From the NCBI GenBank assembly GCA_903908245.1, contig CAIVRE010000029.1:14266-78265 (forward strand): a DNA stretch of 64,000 bases. The letters are read 5' to 3'. How positions within the stretch are numbered: position 1 is the first letter of the stretch; each line of letters begins with the position of its first letter. The notes under the pieces are model-generated. The model was given only the letters and a program-made list of their open reading frames with translations. It did no database searches and was not told the origin of the DNA. The position numbers and the translations under genes are program-made. Origin of the DNA: Candidatus Omnitrophota bacterium (GTDB lineage: Bacteria; Omnitrophota; Gorgyraeia; Zapsychrales; Fredricksoniimonadaceae). Of the stretch, positions 9,604 to 21,446 are shown piece after piece.

Positions 9604-10929
9604 CTATTGTAAGAATTCCTGCGGCAAACGCACATTGCGTTTGGAAAATTTATCCGCGAACGACGGCAACTTCTTGCTCATGATCCAATGGCCATGGACC
9701 TTGCCGTTCTCCTCGACCCGCTCCTGTTTGAATTTAAAGATATCCTCCAAAGAAACCTTGTCTGCTTCTTTGTCGAACCGCAGGTCTGTTATATGAACGA
9801 CCCGGCGGACCCCGTCCATGAACAGCTCACTGTACACGATCAGGTCGATCGAGGTGGCGATCTGACGGCGGATCTGATCCCCGCTCAGGCGGATCCCGGA
9901 CATCAGCATCATCGTGATCATCCGGTTAAAACACTCTTCGGGAGAATCCGCGTGCACGATAGCAAGGGTCCCGGAATGCCCGGAACTAATGGACTGGATC
10001 ATGTCCAGGATCTCTTCCCCGCGAACTTCACCGACGATAATACGGTCCGGACGCATACGAAGCGAATTAACGAACAGGTCCCGGATCGAGACCGACCCTT
10101 TGCCTTCCACATTCGCCGTCTTGGACTGGAGGCCGACCACATGCTCCTGAAGCAAACGAAGCTCGGAAGTGTCCTCAATGGTAATGATCCGCTCATCATC
10201 GGGGATGTGCCTGGAAAGGACATTTAATACCGTTGTTTTTCCCGACCCCGTCGCCCCGCAAAAGACAATATTCAGTTTGGCTTTGACCGCCGCGATCAGG
10301 AACATCGCCATCGCGCGGTTCAATGTCCCGAGCTCGACAAGATTCTCGATCGTGGAAATATCCCTGGAGAATTTTCTTATTGTCATGACCGGCCCGACCA
10401 TGGAACAGGGAGGCAAAAGGACATTGACCCGGGAGCCGTCTGTTAAAGAAAAATCCACATAAGGCGAAGATTCATCGACACGGCGCGAGGTCCCGGAAGC
10501 CGCCATAAGCTTCTGCACGGTATGCATCAGATGGGCATTATCATCGAATTTGATACCGGTAAGGAACATCTTCCCCGACTTCTGCGCGTAAACCTGACGA
10601 TAGCCGTTGATCATGATCTCCGTGACATCCTTGTCTTCAAGCAAAGGGCGGATAGGCCCAAGGCTCATCACGGAACTGGCGATCTCCCGGATCAGCTTTG
10701 CGCGGTCATCGAACTTGATGGGGATATCGCTCTCGGTGCTCAGCGCCGTGATCACACGATCAACATACATGCGCATCTGGTCGTCGTTGAGAGTGTCTTT
10801 GACCTTAATAAAGTCGGTCTTCGATATCAAATACCGATGGAGCCTTGCTTTTATATCATCATAATCGGTCTCTACAGGCACGAGTCCTCCTCTTGTTTGC
10901 TCCGCCCCTTCGGGCCCGCGGAACAACAA
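9604..10929 (-). CDS. CpaF/TadA/VirB11-family secretion ATPase (no cognate pilus or secretion genes in the window)
   Basis: Walker A 'FCGATGSGKTT', Asp box 'ITIEDTSEL', Walker B 'DRIIVGEVRGEE', His box 'SGHSGTLAIVHA'. 441 aa. Flanked tightly by rseP and proS. Confidence 0.8.
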   Translation of the reverse strand: MLFRGPEGAEQTRGGLVPVETDYDDIKARLHRYLISKTDFIKVKDTLNDDQMRMYVDRVITALSTESDIPIKFDDRAKLIREIASSVMSLGPIRPLLEDKDVTEIMINGYRQVYAQKSGKMFLTGIKFDDNAHLMHTVQKLMAASGTSRRVDESSPYVDFSLTDGSRVNVLLPPCSMVGPVMTIRKFSRDISTIENLVELGTLNRAMAMFLIAAVKAKLNIVFCGATGSGKTTVLNVLSRHIPDDERIITIEDTSELRLLQEHVVGLQSKTANVEGKGSVSIRDLFVNSLRMRPDRIIVGEVRGEEILDMIQSISSGHSGTLAIVHADSPEECFNRMITMMLMSGIRLSGDQIRRQIATSIDLIVYSELFMDGVRRVVHITDLRFDKEADKVSLEDIFKFKQERVEENGKVHGHWIMSKKLPSFADKFSKRNVRLPQEFLQ

Positions 10930-10935
10930 TTTTTA

Positions 10936-12048
10936 TTAATGAAAAAACTTGAATACCTTATCGATCAATCCGATCCGCTCAAAATCAAGATAGAACACAA
11001 AAACAGCAAGCACAATGATCAACGCAAAGCCGGTCCGGGCAATAACATCCTCGACCTTCAAAGACAACGCCTTCCCCCTTAGTTTTTCAAGAGCGATCAG
11101 CGCCAGATGACCGCCGTCCAGCGGGATAACAGGGAGAAGATTGAATATCGCGAGGCTTGCGCTAATAACACCCACCACATGCAGCAGGAACGAAACACCG
11201 ACAGCCGCGGCGAATTTAATAATAAAGAATATCCCGATCAATCCCGTCATGCCTTCCTTGGCCGACCGCTGACCGGTGATCATATCCCACAACGCACCGT
11301 AAGTCCGGGATGTCACCGACCATAACTCCTGCGCAGCTTTTCCCCAGGAGCCAATGACCCCGTACTTTCTCACGACCAGCTTATCTGCGGAAGAAGGCTC
11401 CGGTGCCTGGATGCCGATACGGCTGACCTGATGTTCACGACCGAACATATCTTTCGTTTTATGGAATTCCGGAGTCATCGGGACCGTCATTGAACGGCCT
11501 TCACGTAAAAATGACACTATAACGGGCTTGTCACCGGCGGTCGAAATATAATCCTGCATTTCCGACCAATTGGCAAAAACTTTCCCGTCGGCGGATTGGA
11601 TCAGGTCTCCGGAGCTCAAACCGGCCTTTTGCGCAGGAGAACCGGCAACAACCTTTCCGACGATCGCCGGGACATTCTTCTGGGTCGCGTCAAGATCGAT
11701 ATACCCGATCATAAAAACAAGAACAAAACAAAGATAGGCCAGCGCATAGTTGACGACCGGCCCCATCAACACGATCAAAGCCCGATGGCCATGAGATTTT
11801 GCAAAATATTCATCCACAGCCCCCTTGCAAAGCGAACGCTCGTCTCCGCTCATCTTGACAAACCCCCCCAGAGGGATCGCGCACAGGCAATACTCCGTCC
11901 CGCCGGAAACCCAGGAGAACAGTTTTGGCCCGAAACCCAGGGCGAACTGTTCCACCTTGACACCGACCCGCCTGGCAGCAAAGAAATGACCGGCCTCATG
12001 GACCATGATCAGGATACTCAGAATAAGAACAAAAAGAAGAATGGTCAT
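10936..12048 (-). CDS. rseP: RIP metalloprotease RseP (site-2 protease, M50 family, single PDZ)
   Basis: 'HEAGHFFAARRVGV' HExxH motif in TM1, a PDZ domain, and the C-terminal 'LNLLPIPPLDGG' motif. Confidence 0.88.
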   Translation of the reverse strand: MTILLFVLILSILIMVHEAGHFFAARRVGVKVEQFALGFGPKLFSWVSGGTEYCLCAIPLGGFVKMSGDERSLCKGAVDEYFAKSHGHRALIVLMGPVVNYALAYLCFVLVFMIGYIDLDATQKNVPAIVGKVVAGSPAQKAGLSSGDLIQSADGKVFANWSEMQDYISTAGDKPVIVSFLREGRSMTVPMTPEFHKTKDMFGREHQVSRIGIQAPEPSSADKLVVRKYGVIGSWGKAAQELWSVTSRTYGALWDMITGQRSAKEGMTGLIGIFFIIKFAAAVGVSFLLHVVGVISASLAIFNLLPVIPLDGGHLALIALEKLRGKALSLKVEDVIARTGFALIIVLAVFVFYLDFERIGLIDKVFKFFH

Positions 12049-13202
12049 TTTCCCTTTCCTAAAAATCGCGTTGCCGCCGAACGGGCCCAGGCATCAGATT
12101 CCCTGATATTTTTTAATGATAATGTCCCGGACGCCCTGTGCGCGAGGACCGTACGCTCCACCACTTTATATATCCCCGTAAAAGATAATTTGCCGGACAG
12201 GAACGCCTCGACCGCGACCTCATTGGCCGCATTCAATACCGCCGGGAAAGTCCCTCTTCGGCGGGCGACTTCAAATGCCAGCGCAAGCGAGGGGAACTTG
12301 TCCAGGTCCGGAAGCTCGAACGTCAATTCTTTTAAAGCAACCAGGTCCAGCCCTTTGAATCCGGTATCAAGGCGCTGCGGATAGGTCAAAGCATACTGGA
12401 TCGGTATCCTCATGTCCGTAACATTCAACTGCGCGATCATTGCCCCGTCAATATATTCGACCAAGGAATGCACCAGTGCCTGGGGATGAATAACGACTTT
12501 TACCTGATCGACTGCAAGCGAAAAAAGCCGCTGCGCTTCAATGACCTCGAATCCCTTGTTCATCAAGGTTGCGGAATCAACTGTGATCTTGGCACCCATT
12601 TTCCAGCGCGGGTGTTTCAATACATCCTTCACGGTCAGTTGACGATGCCGGGACTTCGGCACCCTCAATAAAGCGCCTCCGGACGCCGTTAAATGGACAC
12701 ACCGCAAGTCTTCCCGACGATGCCCCTCAAGGCATTGAAAAATAGCGCTCTGCTCGCTGTCGACCGGAATGATCCTGGCTCCGCTCCGGTGCGCCTCCCG
12801 CATAAGGATATCCCCCGCGATAACCAGGGCTTCCTTGTTCGACGGCGCGACCTCTTTGCCTGCGCGGACTGCGCTTAAGAACGGGTCCAGCGCTGCGGAA
12901 CCGCTCATGGCAATAACAACTATATCCACCTGCTTTTCCGCAACAAGGGCTGCGAGGTCCCGCTCTACATCAAAGAACGCCGCCTTTTTCCCGAACATCG
13001 CAGACATCGACGGAATATGCGCCTGGGCGATCGCTACTTTATCCGGACGGAACTCGCGGATCTGTCTGGCTAAAAGCTCCACATTATTAAAAGCCGAAAG
13101 CAGGACAATATCAAATCGGCCTGAATGACGGCGGATCACATCGAGCGTATTAATGCCGATCGATCCTGTTGACCCTAATACCGCAACACGCTTTCTTATC
13201 AT
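12045..13202 (-). CDS. dxr: 1-deoxy-D-xylulose 5-phosphate reductoisomerase
   Basis: NADPH-binding 'VAVLGSTGSIGINTLDV'. 385 aa. 4-nt overlap with rseP. Confidence 0.92.
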   Translation of the reverse strand: MIRKRVAVLGSTGSIGINTLDVIRRHSGRFDIVLLSAFNNVELLARQIREFRPDKVAIAQAHIPSMSAMFGKKAAFFDVERDLAALVAEKQVDIVVIAMSGSAALDPFLSAVRAGKEVAPSNKEALVIAGDILMREAHRSGARIIPVDSEQSAIFQCLEGHRREDLRCVHLTASGGALLRVPKSRHRQLTVKDVLKHPRWKMGAKITVDSATLMNKGFEVIEAQRLFSLAVDQVKVVIHPQALVHSLVEYIDGAMIAQLNVTDMRIPIQYALTYPQRLDTGFKGLDLVALKELTFELPDLDKFPSLALAFEVARRRGTFPAVLNAANEVAVEAFLSGKLSFTGIYKVVERTVLAHRASGTLSLKNIRESDAWARSAATRFLGKGK

Positions 13203-13207
13203 ATCCC

Positions 13208-14029
13208 TTAGATCGTATGCAACGCCGAACTGATATAGAGATAAAAAGCGGGCACTGAGAAAAGAAGGCTGTCAATGATATCCAATACCCCCCCGATCCC
13301 GGGAAGCAGGCTGCCGGAATCCTTCACATTGCAGTCCCTCTTGATCAGAGATTCCGACAGGTCCCCCAATTGCCCAAGCCCCCCGAAGAACGCCCCAACC
13401 AAAGCCACGAAGAACGGGGTGAACTGAGGCAAAGCCGGAAGCCAGGAACGGAACAATACAGCGACCAGCGCACTGACGAAGATCCCTCCCAGCGTCCCTT
13501 CGATCGTCTTGTTCGGGCTCACCTTTGGAAGCAAGGGATGTCGTCCAAACCGGGTGCCAATGACCAACGCCCCTATGTCTCCCGATTTTGTGACCAGAAT
13601 AATAAAAGCGACCAGCAAAGCGCCCTCCATCCCGGGTAACAGCAATCGTGTTTTTACCAAAAAACTGAAGAACCAGGATACATAAAGCACCCCGAAAAGG
13701 GTCGTGGAAAGGCCCAGGATCGCGTTGCGGTTGTCCTCCCGGTTGAACTGAAGCAAAAGGATGGTCAGAAATGCACAAACAATAAAAAGAAGCTCCCAGT
13801 TACGCGTCAACTCGAAACGGAAAAAGATAGAAAGGGGGATCAATAATCCGATGAATATCCCGGTATAACTGTAGATCGGGATATCTTTCTTTTTGATCAT
13901 GTAGAAGAATTCGTACAGGCCGCCGATCGTGATCCCGCAGATCGTTGCGATAAAACACCACTGGTTTAACACTGCAAAAACAGTGACCAGAACAGCCAGA
14001 GCGCCGCTGACAAGACGCATGGGGTTCAT
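13208..14029 (-). CDS. cdsA: Phosphatidate cytidylyltransferase
   Basis: Polytopic membrane protein with the C-terminal 'KRDCNVKDSGSLLPGIGGVLD' CTP-transferase signature. Confidence 0.85.
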   Translation of the reverse strand: MNPMRLVSGALAVLVTVFAVLNQWCFIATICGITIGGLYEFFYMIKKKDIPIYSYTGIFIGLLIPLSIFFRFELTRNWELLFIVCAFLTILLLQFNREDNRNAILGLSTTLFGVLYVSWFFSFLVKTRLLLPGMEGALLVAFIILVTKSGDIGALVIGTRFGRHPLLPKVSPNKTIEGTLGGIFVSALVAVLFRSWLPALPQFTPFFVALVGAFFGGLGQLGDLSESLIKRDCNVKDSGSLLPGIGGVLDIIDSLLFSVPAFYLYISSALHTI

Positions 14030-14745
14030 GTCTTTTCCTCTTTAGCGTTCACATCGCCGAACCTGCGCGTACGGCCCGCAAAATCACGGATCGCCTTGTC
14101 GAGCTCATCCGCTGTAAAATCCGGCCAGAATTTATCTGTAAAATAAAACTCCGCATAAGACAATTGCCATAAAAGAAAGTTGCTGATCCTCATTTCCCCT
14201 GACGTGCGGATCAAAAGGTCCGGATCAGGCAACCCGTCTGTGTAAAGGTAACGGGAGAACGACTTCTCATCAAGGTCCTTTAATGCGGCACGCCCGGCAA
14301 GGAGGTCCGAACCGAAATCCCTCACCGCATCGAGTATCTCCTGGCGACCGCCATAATTGAACGCGATGTTCAGGATAAGGCCGGTATTGCCCTTTGTATA
14401 TTCTACGGCCTGATCGAATGCCTGCAATACTGTCTGCGGGGCTCCCTCCCGACGGCCGGACAAATGGAACCGAATATTATTCTCATGCAGGCTTCGCAAT
14501 TTCTGCGACAGGACGCTCACCATGGTCTGCATCAGCATGGAAACTTCATTGGCCGGACGAGTCCAGTTCTCGGTAGAAAACGTGTAAAGTGTAAGGACTT
14601 TAACGCCCTGCTTGGCCGCAGCATGAACGATCTCGTCGACCCGCTTTACACCCTCGATATGCCCCTGGGTGCGTACCAGGCCCCGGGCTTTCGCCCAGCG
14701 CCCATTACCATCCATAATGATCGCGATATGTTGCGGGATTACCAT
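14026..14745 (-). CDS. uppS: Ditrans,polycis-undecaprenyl-diphosphate synthase
   Basis: 'HIAIIMDGNGRWA' and 'RTSGE.R.SNFLLWQ' motifs. 239 aa. Confidence 0.92.
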   Translation of the reverse strand: MVIPQHIAIIMDGNGRWAKARGLVRTQGHIEGVKRVDEIVHAAAKQGVKVLTLYTFSTENWTRPANEVSMLMQTMVSVLSQKLRSLHENNIRFHLSGRREGAPQTVLQAFDQAVEYTKGNTGLILNIAFNYGGRQEILDAVRDFGSDLLAGRAALKDLDEKSFSRYLYTDGLPDPDLLIRTSGEMRISNFLLWQLSYAEFYFTDKFWPDFTADELDKAIRDFAGRTRRFGDVNAKEEKT

Positions 14746-14791
14746 AAGATTATCAGAAAGAGTGACTTAACATACCCCTGCCCCGGACAAA

Positions 14792-15283
14792 CTACTTCCC
14801 CAATAACGCTTTACGGGCGTCCTCGGCCGCTTTTGCTTCTGCTTCCGCTTTTTCTTTCTCAGCCAGAGCTTCCGCGGTCGCTTTCGCGACTTCTGCGGCA
14901 GCCAGGTTTTCAGCGCGTACGGCAGAATCGGCCCTGGCCTGCAATGTCTCCTGCATATCCAACGCGCTCTTCAGATTCTTTTCCAGGCTATCTTTCCTCT
15001 CCGAAAGTTTATTAAACTCGGTCTTGATCCCACTCTTTTCTTCACGTTCCCTGTCAAGAGACTCCTGGGCCCTGGATAATTTCACTTGCGTGGTCTGAAG
15101 GTCCGCCTCCAGTTTCTTAATGCGATAATCACCTTTCTGCAATTCTTCTTCTGCCACCATCCGGCTGTAGCGCTCCTGGTTAAGGACCCGGGTCACCTCC
15201 TGATTCTCCTTATAGAAATAGGAGATCACCGCGATAGCCCCGGCAAAAACAAGAATGGCCAGAATAAAGGTGGTTTTTTTCAT
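14792..15283 (-). CDS. Membrane-anchored coiled-coil protein (CpoB-like position downstream of a Pal-like lipoprotein); function unknown
   Basis: N-terminal hydrophobic segment 'TFILAILVFAGAIAVI', heptad-rich E/K/L/Q body, and an Ala/Glu/Lys-rich tail. 163 aa. Confidence 0.5.
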   Translation of the reverse strand: MKKTTFILAILVFAGAIAVISYFYKENQEVTRVLNQERYSRMVAEEELQKGDYRIKKLEADLQTTQVKLSRAQESLDREREEKSGIKTEFNKLSERKDSLEKNLKSALDMQETLQARADSAVRAENLAAAEVAKATAEALAEKEKAEAEAKAAEDARKALLGK

Positions 15284-15286
15284 GGA

Positions 15287-15898
15287 TCAACCCTTGTTCT
15301 CGTTCTTTAAAGGCCGTGGCAAGATAATGATCTCAACACGACGGTTCTTTTGTCGGTCCTGCGCAATATCATTCCCGGCAACAGGACGATATTCACCGTA
15401 TCCTATGGCTGCAAGACGCTGAGGAGCCACTTGTTTCTCGATCAGGTAATGAAGAACGCTCAAAGCCCGGGCTGAAGACAATTCCCAGTTCGATTTCCAC
15501 CCTGAATGCTTGATCGGGACGTTATCCGTATGCCCTTCGATCCCTATCCCCAGGTCCGGGACGATATTCTGAATAACACTGGCGACCTTTTCCAGTTTCT
15601 CGAGAGAATCACCCTTAAGATCGGACCTGCCGGAATCGAACAGCACTTCTGCGACAAAGGTAATGACCAGGCCCTTTTCCAGCATCTCGACCTTGACCTG
15701 TTTGTCGGCGATCTCCTTGGCAAGGCGCTCTTCGAGCTCCTGCCTGGCACGCTCCAGTTCGCCAAGTTCGCTTTTTAATTTCGATATCTTTTCAATATCG
15801 ACCCGACGCCCTTTCTGAAAAATAACCGTACATCCGCTCAAAGCCAGCACCAGACTTAACGCAAGAACAGGCATAAAGGACAAGCGTGATATGTGCAT
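15287..15898 (-). CDS. OmpA-family (Pal-like) peptidoglycan-binding lipoprotein with an N-terminal coiled coil
   Basis: Lipobox 'LALSGC', and an OmpA_C motif 'GHTDNVPI...SNWELSSARALSV..YL...RL.AIGYGE..P.A.N....NRRVEI'. Confidence 0.8.
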   Translation of the reverse strand: MHISRLSFMPVLALSLVLALSGCTVIFQKGRRVDIEKISKLKSELGELERARQELEERLAKEIADKQVKVEMLEKGLVITFVAEVLFDSGRSDLKGDSLEKLEKVASVIQNIVPDLGIGIEGHTDNVPIKHSGWKSNWELSSARALSVLHYLIEKQVAPQRLAAIGYGEYRPVAGNDIAQDRQKNRRVEIIILPRPLKNENKG

Positions 15899-15975
15899 CT
15901 TAGACCTCCTTAAAAAGTGTTCATTCCCGAACGCTACGACAGCCCATCAGGCTGACGAGCGGCAGGGAGTTTCCT

Positions 15976-17970
<1,995 letters not shown>

Positions 17971-17971
<1 letters not shown>

Positions 17972-19563
17972 TAGACCTTTAACATCTTAACGAACTGGAT
18001 GCCTTTTGTGTTCTTTAACCCGTCAATAACATTTTGAGGGACCGGCCCGTCCACATTGACCACGCTGACCGCGGTCGCTCCCTGCTTTTCACGGCCAAAA
18101 GTAATATATGCAATATTGATCCCGGCATTGCCTAATGCCAGGCCAACCGCCCCCACGATCCCCGGGATATCATTATTGCGGATAAAGAGGATATCTCCCG
18201 ACGGAACCGCCTCGACGTACACGTTGCCGACTTTGACGATCCGCGGCTGTTTGTTGGCCGATAATGTCCCCAAGACAACAAGCGTCGACTTATCCGTCAC
18301 CAATTCCAGCGTAATAGCGTTAACGAATTCCCCTTCGGCATTGGAATGGACCTCCTGGATATCAATCCCGCGCTCCTTGGCGATATCCAATGAATTTATG
18401 GCATTGATATTATCCACCAGGATCGGTTTAAGGACACCATGCGCGACCGCCATGGTGACCGGTATAACATTGAACTTTGTCAGAATGCCGTTATAAGTGA
18501 TCCGGATCGCCTTGATCCCGCCGTCCAATAACTGGCCGGCGAACTTCCCAAGCTTGTCGCCAAGATCAATGTAAGGCTCAAGCGTTTTATATGATTCCTC
18601 ATCCAGAGACGGAAAATTCGCCGCGTTACGGATGCCCTTGCCCAACAGGGCATCGCGCACCGTATAGGCGATCTCAATAGCTACATTGACCTGAGCCTCG
18701 GCGGTCGATGCCCCCAAATGCGGGGTCATGACACAATTATCAAGTTTTAAGAAAGGGCAGTCCGGCTTAATAGGCTCATCATCATAAACATCAAGCGCAG
18801 CACCGGCGATCCGCTTTGTCTCCAGCGCGGCCGCCAGGGCCGCCTCGTCAATGATCCCGCCGCGGGCGCAATTGATCAGGCGGACCGTCTTCTTCATCAT
18901 CGCGATCTCTTTCGCGCCGATTATCCCATTGGTCTCTTCGGTCTTCGGAACATGCACCGTAATGAAGTCCGAATTTTTGACCAGGTCCTCGAGCGTCGAG
19001 ACCGTGATCCCGCGCTTGGCCGCCATCTCCGCCGAGAGGAAAGGATCATAGGCCTTGACGGTCATGCCAAAACCCTGCGCGAACTTTGCTACGGTCGAGC
19101 CTATCCGGCCAAGGCCGATAACACCCAGGACTTTGCCATAAAGCTCGATCCCCTGGAACTTGTTGCGCTCCCATTTGCCGGCTTTCATTGATCCATGCGC
19201 CTGCGGGATATTGCGCGCCAGGGCCATGATCAGGCTGAACGCATGCTCAGCCGTCGATGTGGTATTGCCACCCGGCGTATTCATGGCAATGATGCCTTTT
19301 TTTGTAGCCGCCTTCAAGTCCACATTGTCCAGGCCGACTCCGGCACGGCCGATGACCTTAAGCTTTGACGCCGCAGCAATGATATCATCCGTCACCTGGG
19401 TCCCCGAGCGGATCACCAACGCATCATAATCCTTGATCGCCGCTTTTAGGGTCTCCGGCGTATGATCATACTTGGTGTCGACCTCAAAAACACCGCCATC
19501 CCTCAAGATGCTTAAACCTTCTTCCGCCAATTTATCACTGACCAAAATCCTCATTTTTGACAT
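17971..19563 (-). CDS. serA: D-3-phosphoglycerate dehydrogenase (long form with ASB and ACT domains)
   Basis: NAD-binding 'GVIGLGRIGSTVAKFA', catalytic 'HLGASTAEAQ', and a C-terminal ACT 'ILFIRNNDIPGIVGAVG'. 530 aa. Confidence 0.92.
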
Positions 19564-19584
19564 GATGCTCTCCTGAAAATTACC

Positions 19585-19605
19585 ATAAATTTAAATTATA
19601 ACAAT
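19585..19605 (-). promoter_or_regulatory. Putative extended -10 promoter (TGnTATAAT) for serA
   Basis: Minus-strand 'TGTTATAAT' (+ 19595-19603) about 30 nt upstream of the serA ATG. The 'AGGAGA' RBS lies 6 nt before the ATG. Confidence 0.3.
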
Positions 19606-19608
19606 AAT

Positions 19609-19632
19609 CAGGGAGGTTTGGAACCCTCCCCA
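19609..19632 (-). terminator. Putative intrinsic terminator hairpin downstream of the class-V aminotransferase gene
   Basis: Inverted repeat GGGAGG(G)TT...AACCCTCCC (+ 19611-19630). On the minus strand it is followed by the U-rich run 'UGAUUAUUGUUAU'. Confidence 0.4.
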
Positions 19633-19661
19633 CAACGAATATATCAAAAACACTTTGCCCT

Positions 19662-20807
19662 TTAACTATTCAATACTTTTTGCGCGGCCGCCAGGCTGGC
19701 CCCGAGTTCAAACTTATGGCCGGCCTCTTTTAAAACTTTTTCCAGGCATGACAATCCGGTCAGGATGTCGTACTCATCAACAGCCCCCATATGCGCAATA
19801 CGCACAATTTTTCCATCCAGGTCCCCCTGCCCGCCGGCCATGGTTATCCCGTGGACATCACGCATGGTCTTGACAAGCTTTTTCGGGTTAAGCGCTTCCG
19901 GTATCAGGATGGCCGTAAGCCCTCTTGAACGGTACTTTGGCTGGGCATAAACACTGAGACCTATCGCTTCCACCCCGGCCCAGACCGCTTTTGCCATCTT
20001 GAGATAATATTCCTGTTTTTTATCGAGCCCTTCGGCCAGGAGCATCTTAACCGCCTCATTCAGGGCGATAATGATATTGATCGCGGGGGTAAAAGGTGTA
20101 TCCGTATCCGCCAGCGCCTTGCGTGATTTGCGCAGGTCAAAATAAAAACGGATATTCGTTGAAGATTCGATCATCGCGATCGCCTTGGCACTGGCCGCCA
20201 CGATCCCGACGCCCGGAGGGAGCATCAGCCCTTTATGAGAGCCGGAACACACCACGTCGACACCCCACTCATCCATCTTCATCGGTTCAGTGCCTAGAGC
20301 ACTGACCGCGTCAACGACCAGCGCTGTTGGCGTATCCTTTACGACCGCGCCGATCCCGGCCATATCCGGGGTAGCCGACGTGGACGTTTCACACTGGGTC
20401 AGAAAAATAACTTTTGCATCGGGATGCGCGACCAGCGCTGCCTTGACTTCTTCCGGTGTAATGGTCCGGCCCCATTCGATCTTGAGCGTAACCGCATTAA
20501 GTTTATAAGCTTTGGCCAGCGACGCCCAGCGTTCACCGAACTTCCCGTATTCGACCGTGATCACTTTATCTCCAGGCGACGCCAGATTAGCCACTGCTGC
20601 TTCCATAGCCCCTGTTCCGGACGAGGCCAGCAAATACACTTCACTCGAAGTGTTAATGATCTTCTTTAACCCTTCGGTCAGCTCTTTTAATATCTGCTGG
20701 AATTGCGGTGTGCGGTGATGAATGATCGGCTTGCCCAATACTTCGCAAAGTTCAACAGGGACTTTCGACGGTCCCGGCGTAAGTAATAACCCCTTTTTCA
20801 TAAACAA
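19662..20807 (-). CDS. Class V (AGXT-like) aminotransferase, probably phosphoserine aminotransferase partnered with serA
   Basis: N-terminus 'LLTPGPSKVPVELCEVL', and PLP-lysine context 'SGSHKGLMLPPGVGIV'. 381 aa. Adjacent to serA. Confidence 0.75.
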   Translation of the reverse strand: MFMKKGLLLTPGPSKVPVELCEVLGKPIIHHRTPQFQQILKELTEGLKKIINTSSEVYLLASSGTGAMEAAVANLASPGDKVITVEYGKFGERWASLAKAYKLNAVTLKIEWGRTITPEEVKAALVAHPDAKVIFLTQCETSTSATPDMAGIGAVVKDTPTALVVDAVSALGTEPMKMDEWGVDVVCSGSHKGLMLPPGVGIVAASAKAIAMIESSTNIRFYFDLRKSRKALADTDTPFTPAINIIIALNEAVKMLLAEGLDKKQEYYLKMAKAVWAGVEAIGLSVYAQPKYRSRGLTAILIPEALNPKKLVKTMRDVHGITMAGGQGDLDGKIVRIAHMGAVDEYDILTGLSCLEKVLKEAGHKFELGASLAAAQKVLNS

Positions 20808-20831
20808 ATCCCTTCCCGGATCTTAATATCG

Positions 20832-21446
20832 TTATGGCTTCACAATCGGGTTGATTGGCAATGTCGCGATCACTTCATCAACAAGGCCATATTCCTTGGC
20901 CTCCTGGGACGACATAAAGAAATCCCGGTCCGAATCCTTAAGTACCTTCTCGATCGGTTGATTGCAATGTTTGGCAATAATCGCCGATAGATTCTGTTTC
21001 ATGCGCAGGATCTCCTGGGCCTGGATGGAAATGTCACTGGCCGTGCCTTCCGCGCCGCCCCAGGGCTGATGGATCATGATGCGCGCATTGGGCAAGGAAA
21101 AACGTTTCCCCGTTGCTCCCGCTGTCAAAAGCACCGCACCCATACTTGCCGCCTGCCCCATGCAGTATGTGCAAACCTTCGGCTTGACGAATTGCATTGT
21201 GTCGTAGATGGCCAGCCCCGCGGTCACAGAACCGCCGGGCGAGTTAATGTAAATACTGATATCTTTTTCCGCGTCCTCGGATTGAAGGAACAAAAGCTGG
21301 GCAACCACAAGGTTCGCAACCACATCGTCTATTGCAGTCCCAAGAAAAATGATGCGCTCTTTTAAAAGACGGGAAAAGATATCATACGCGCGCTCGGCAT
21401 GCCCCGTATTCTCAACGACCATCGGGACCAGATTGGCTCTTATCAT
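20832..21446 (-). CDS. clpP: ATP-dependent Clp protease proteolytic subunit
   Basis: '[30 protein letters not shown]' with a Ser-His-Asp catalytic triad context ('GQAASMGA', 'IMIHQP'). Start chosen at '[10 protein letters not shown]'. Confidence 0.92.
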   Translation of the reverse strand: MIRANLVPMVVENTGHAERAYDIFSRLLKERIIFLGTAIDDVVANLVVAQLLFLQSEDAEKDISIYINSPGGSVTAGLAIYDTMQFVKPKVCTYCMGQAASMGAVLLTAGATGKRFSLPNARIMIHQPWGGAEGTASDISIQAQEILRMKQNLSAIIAKHCNQPIEKVLKDSDRDFFMSSQEAKEYGLVDEVIATLPINPIVKP

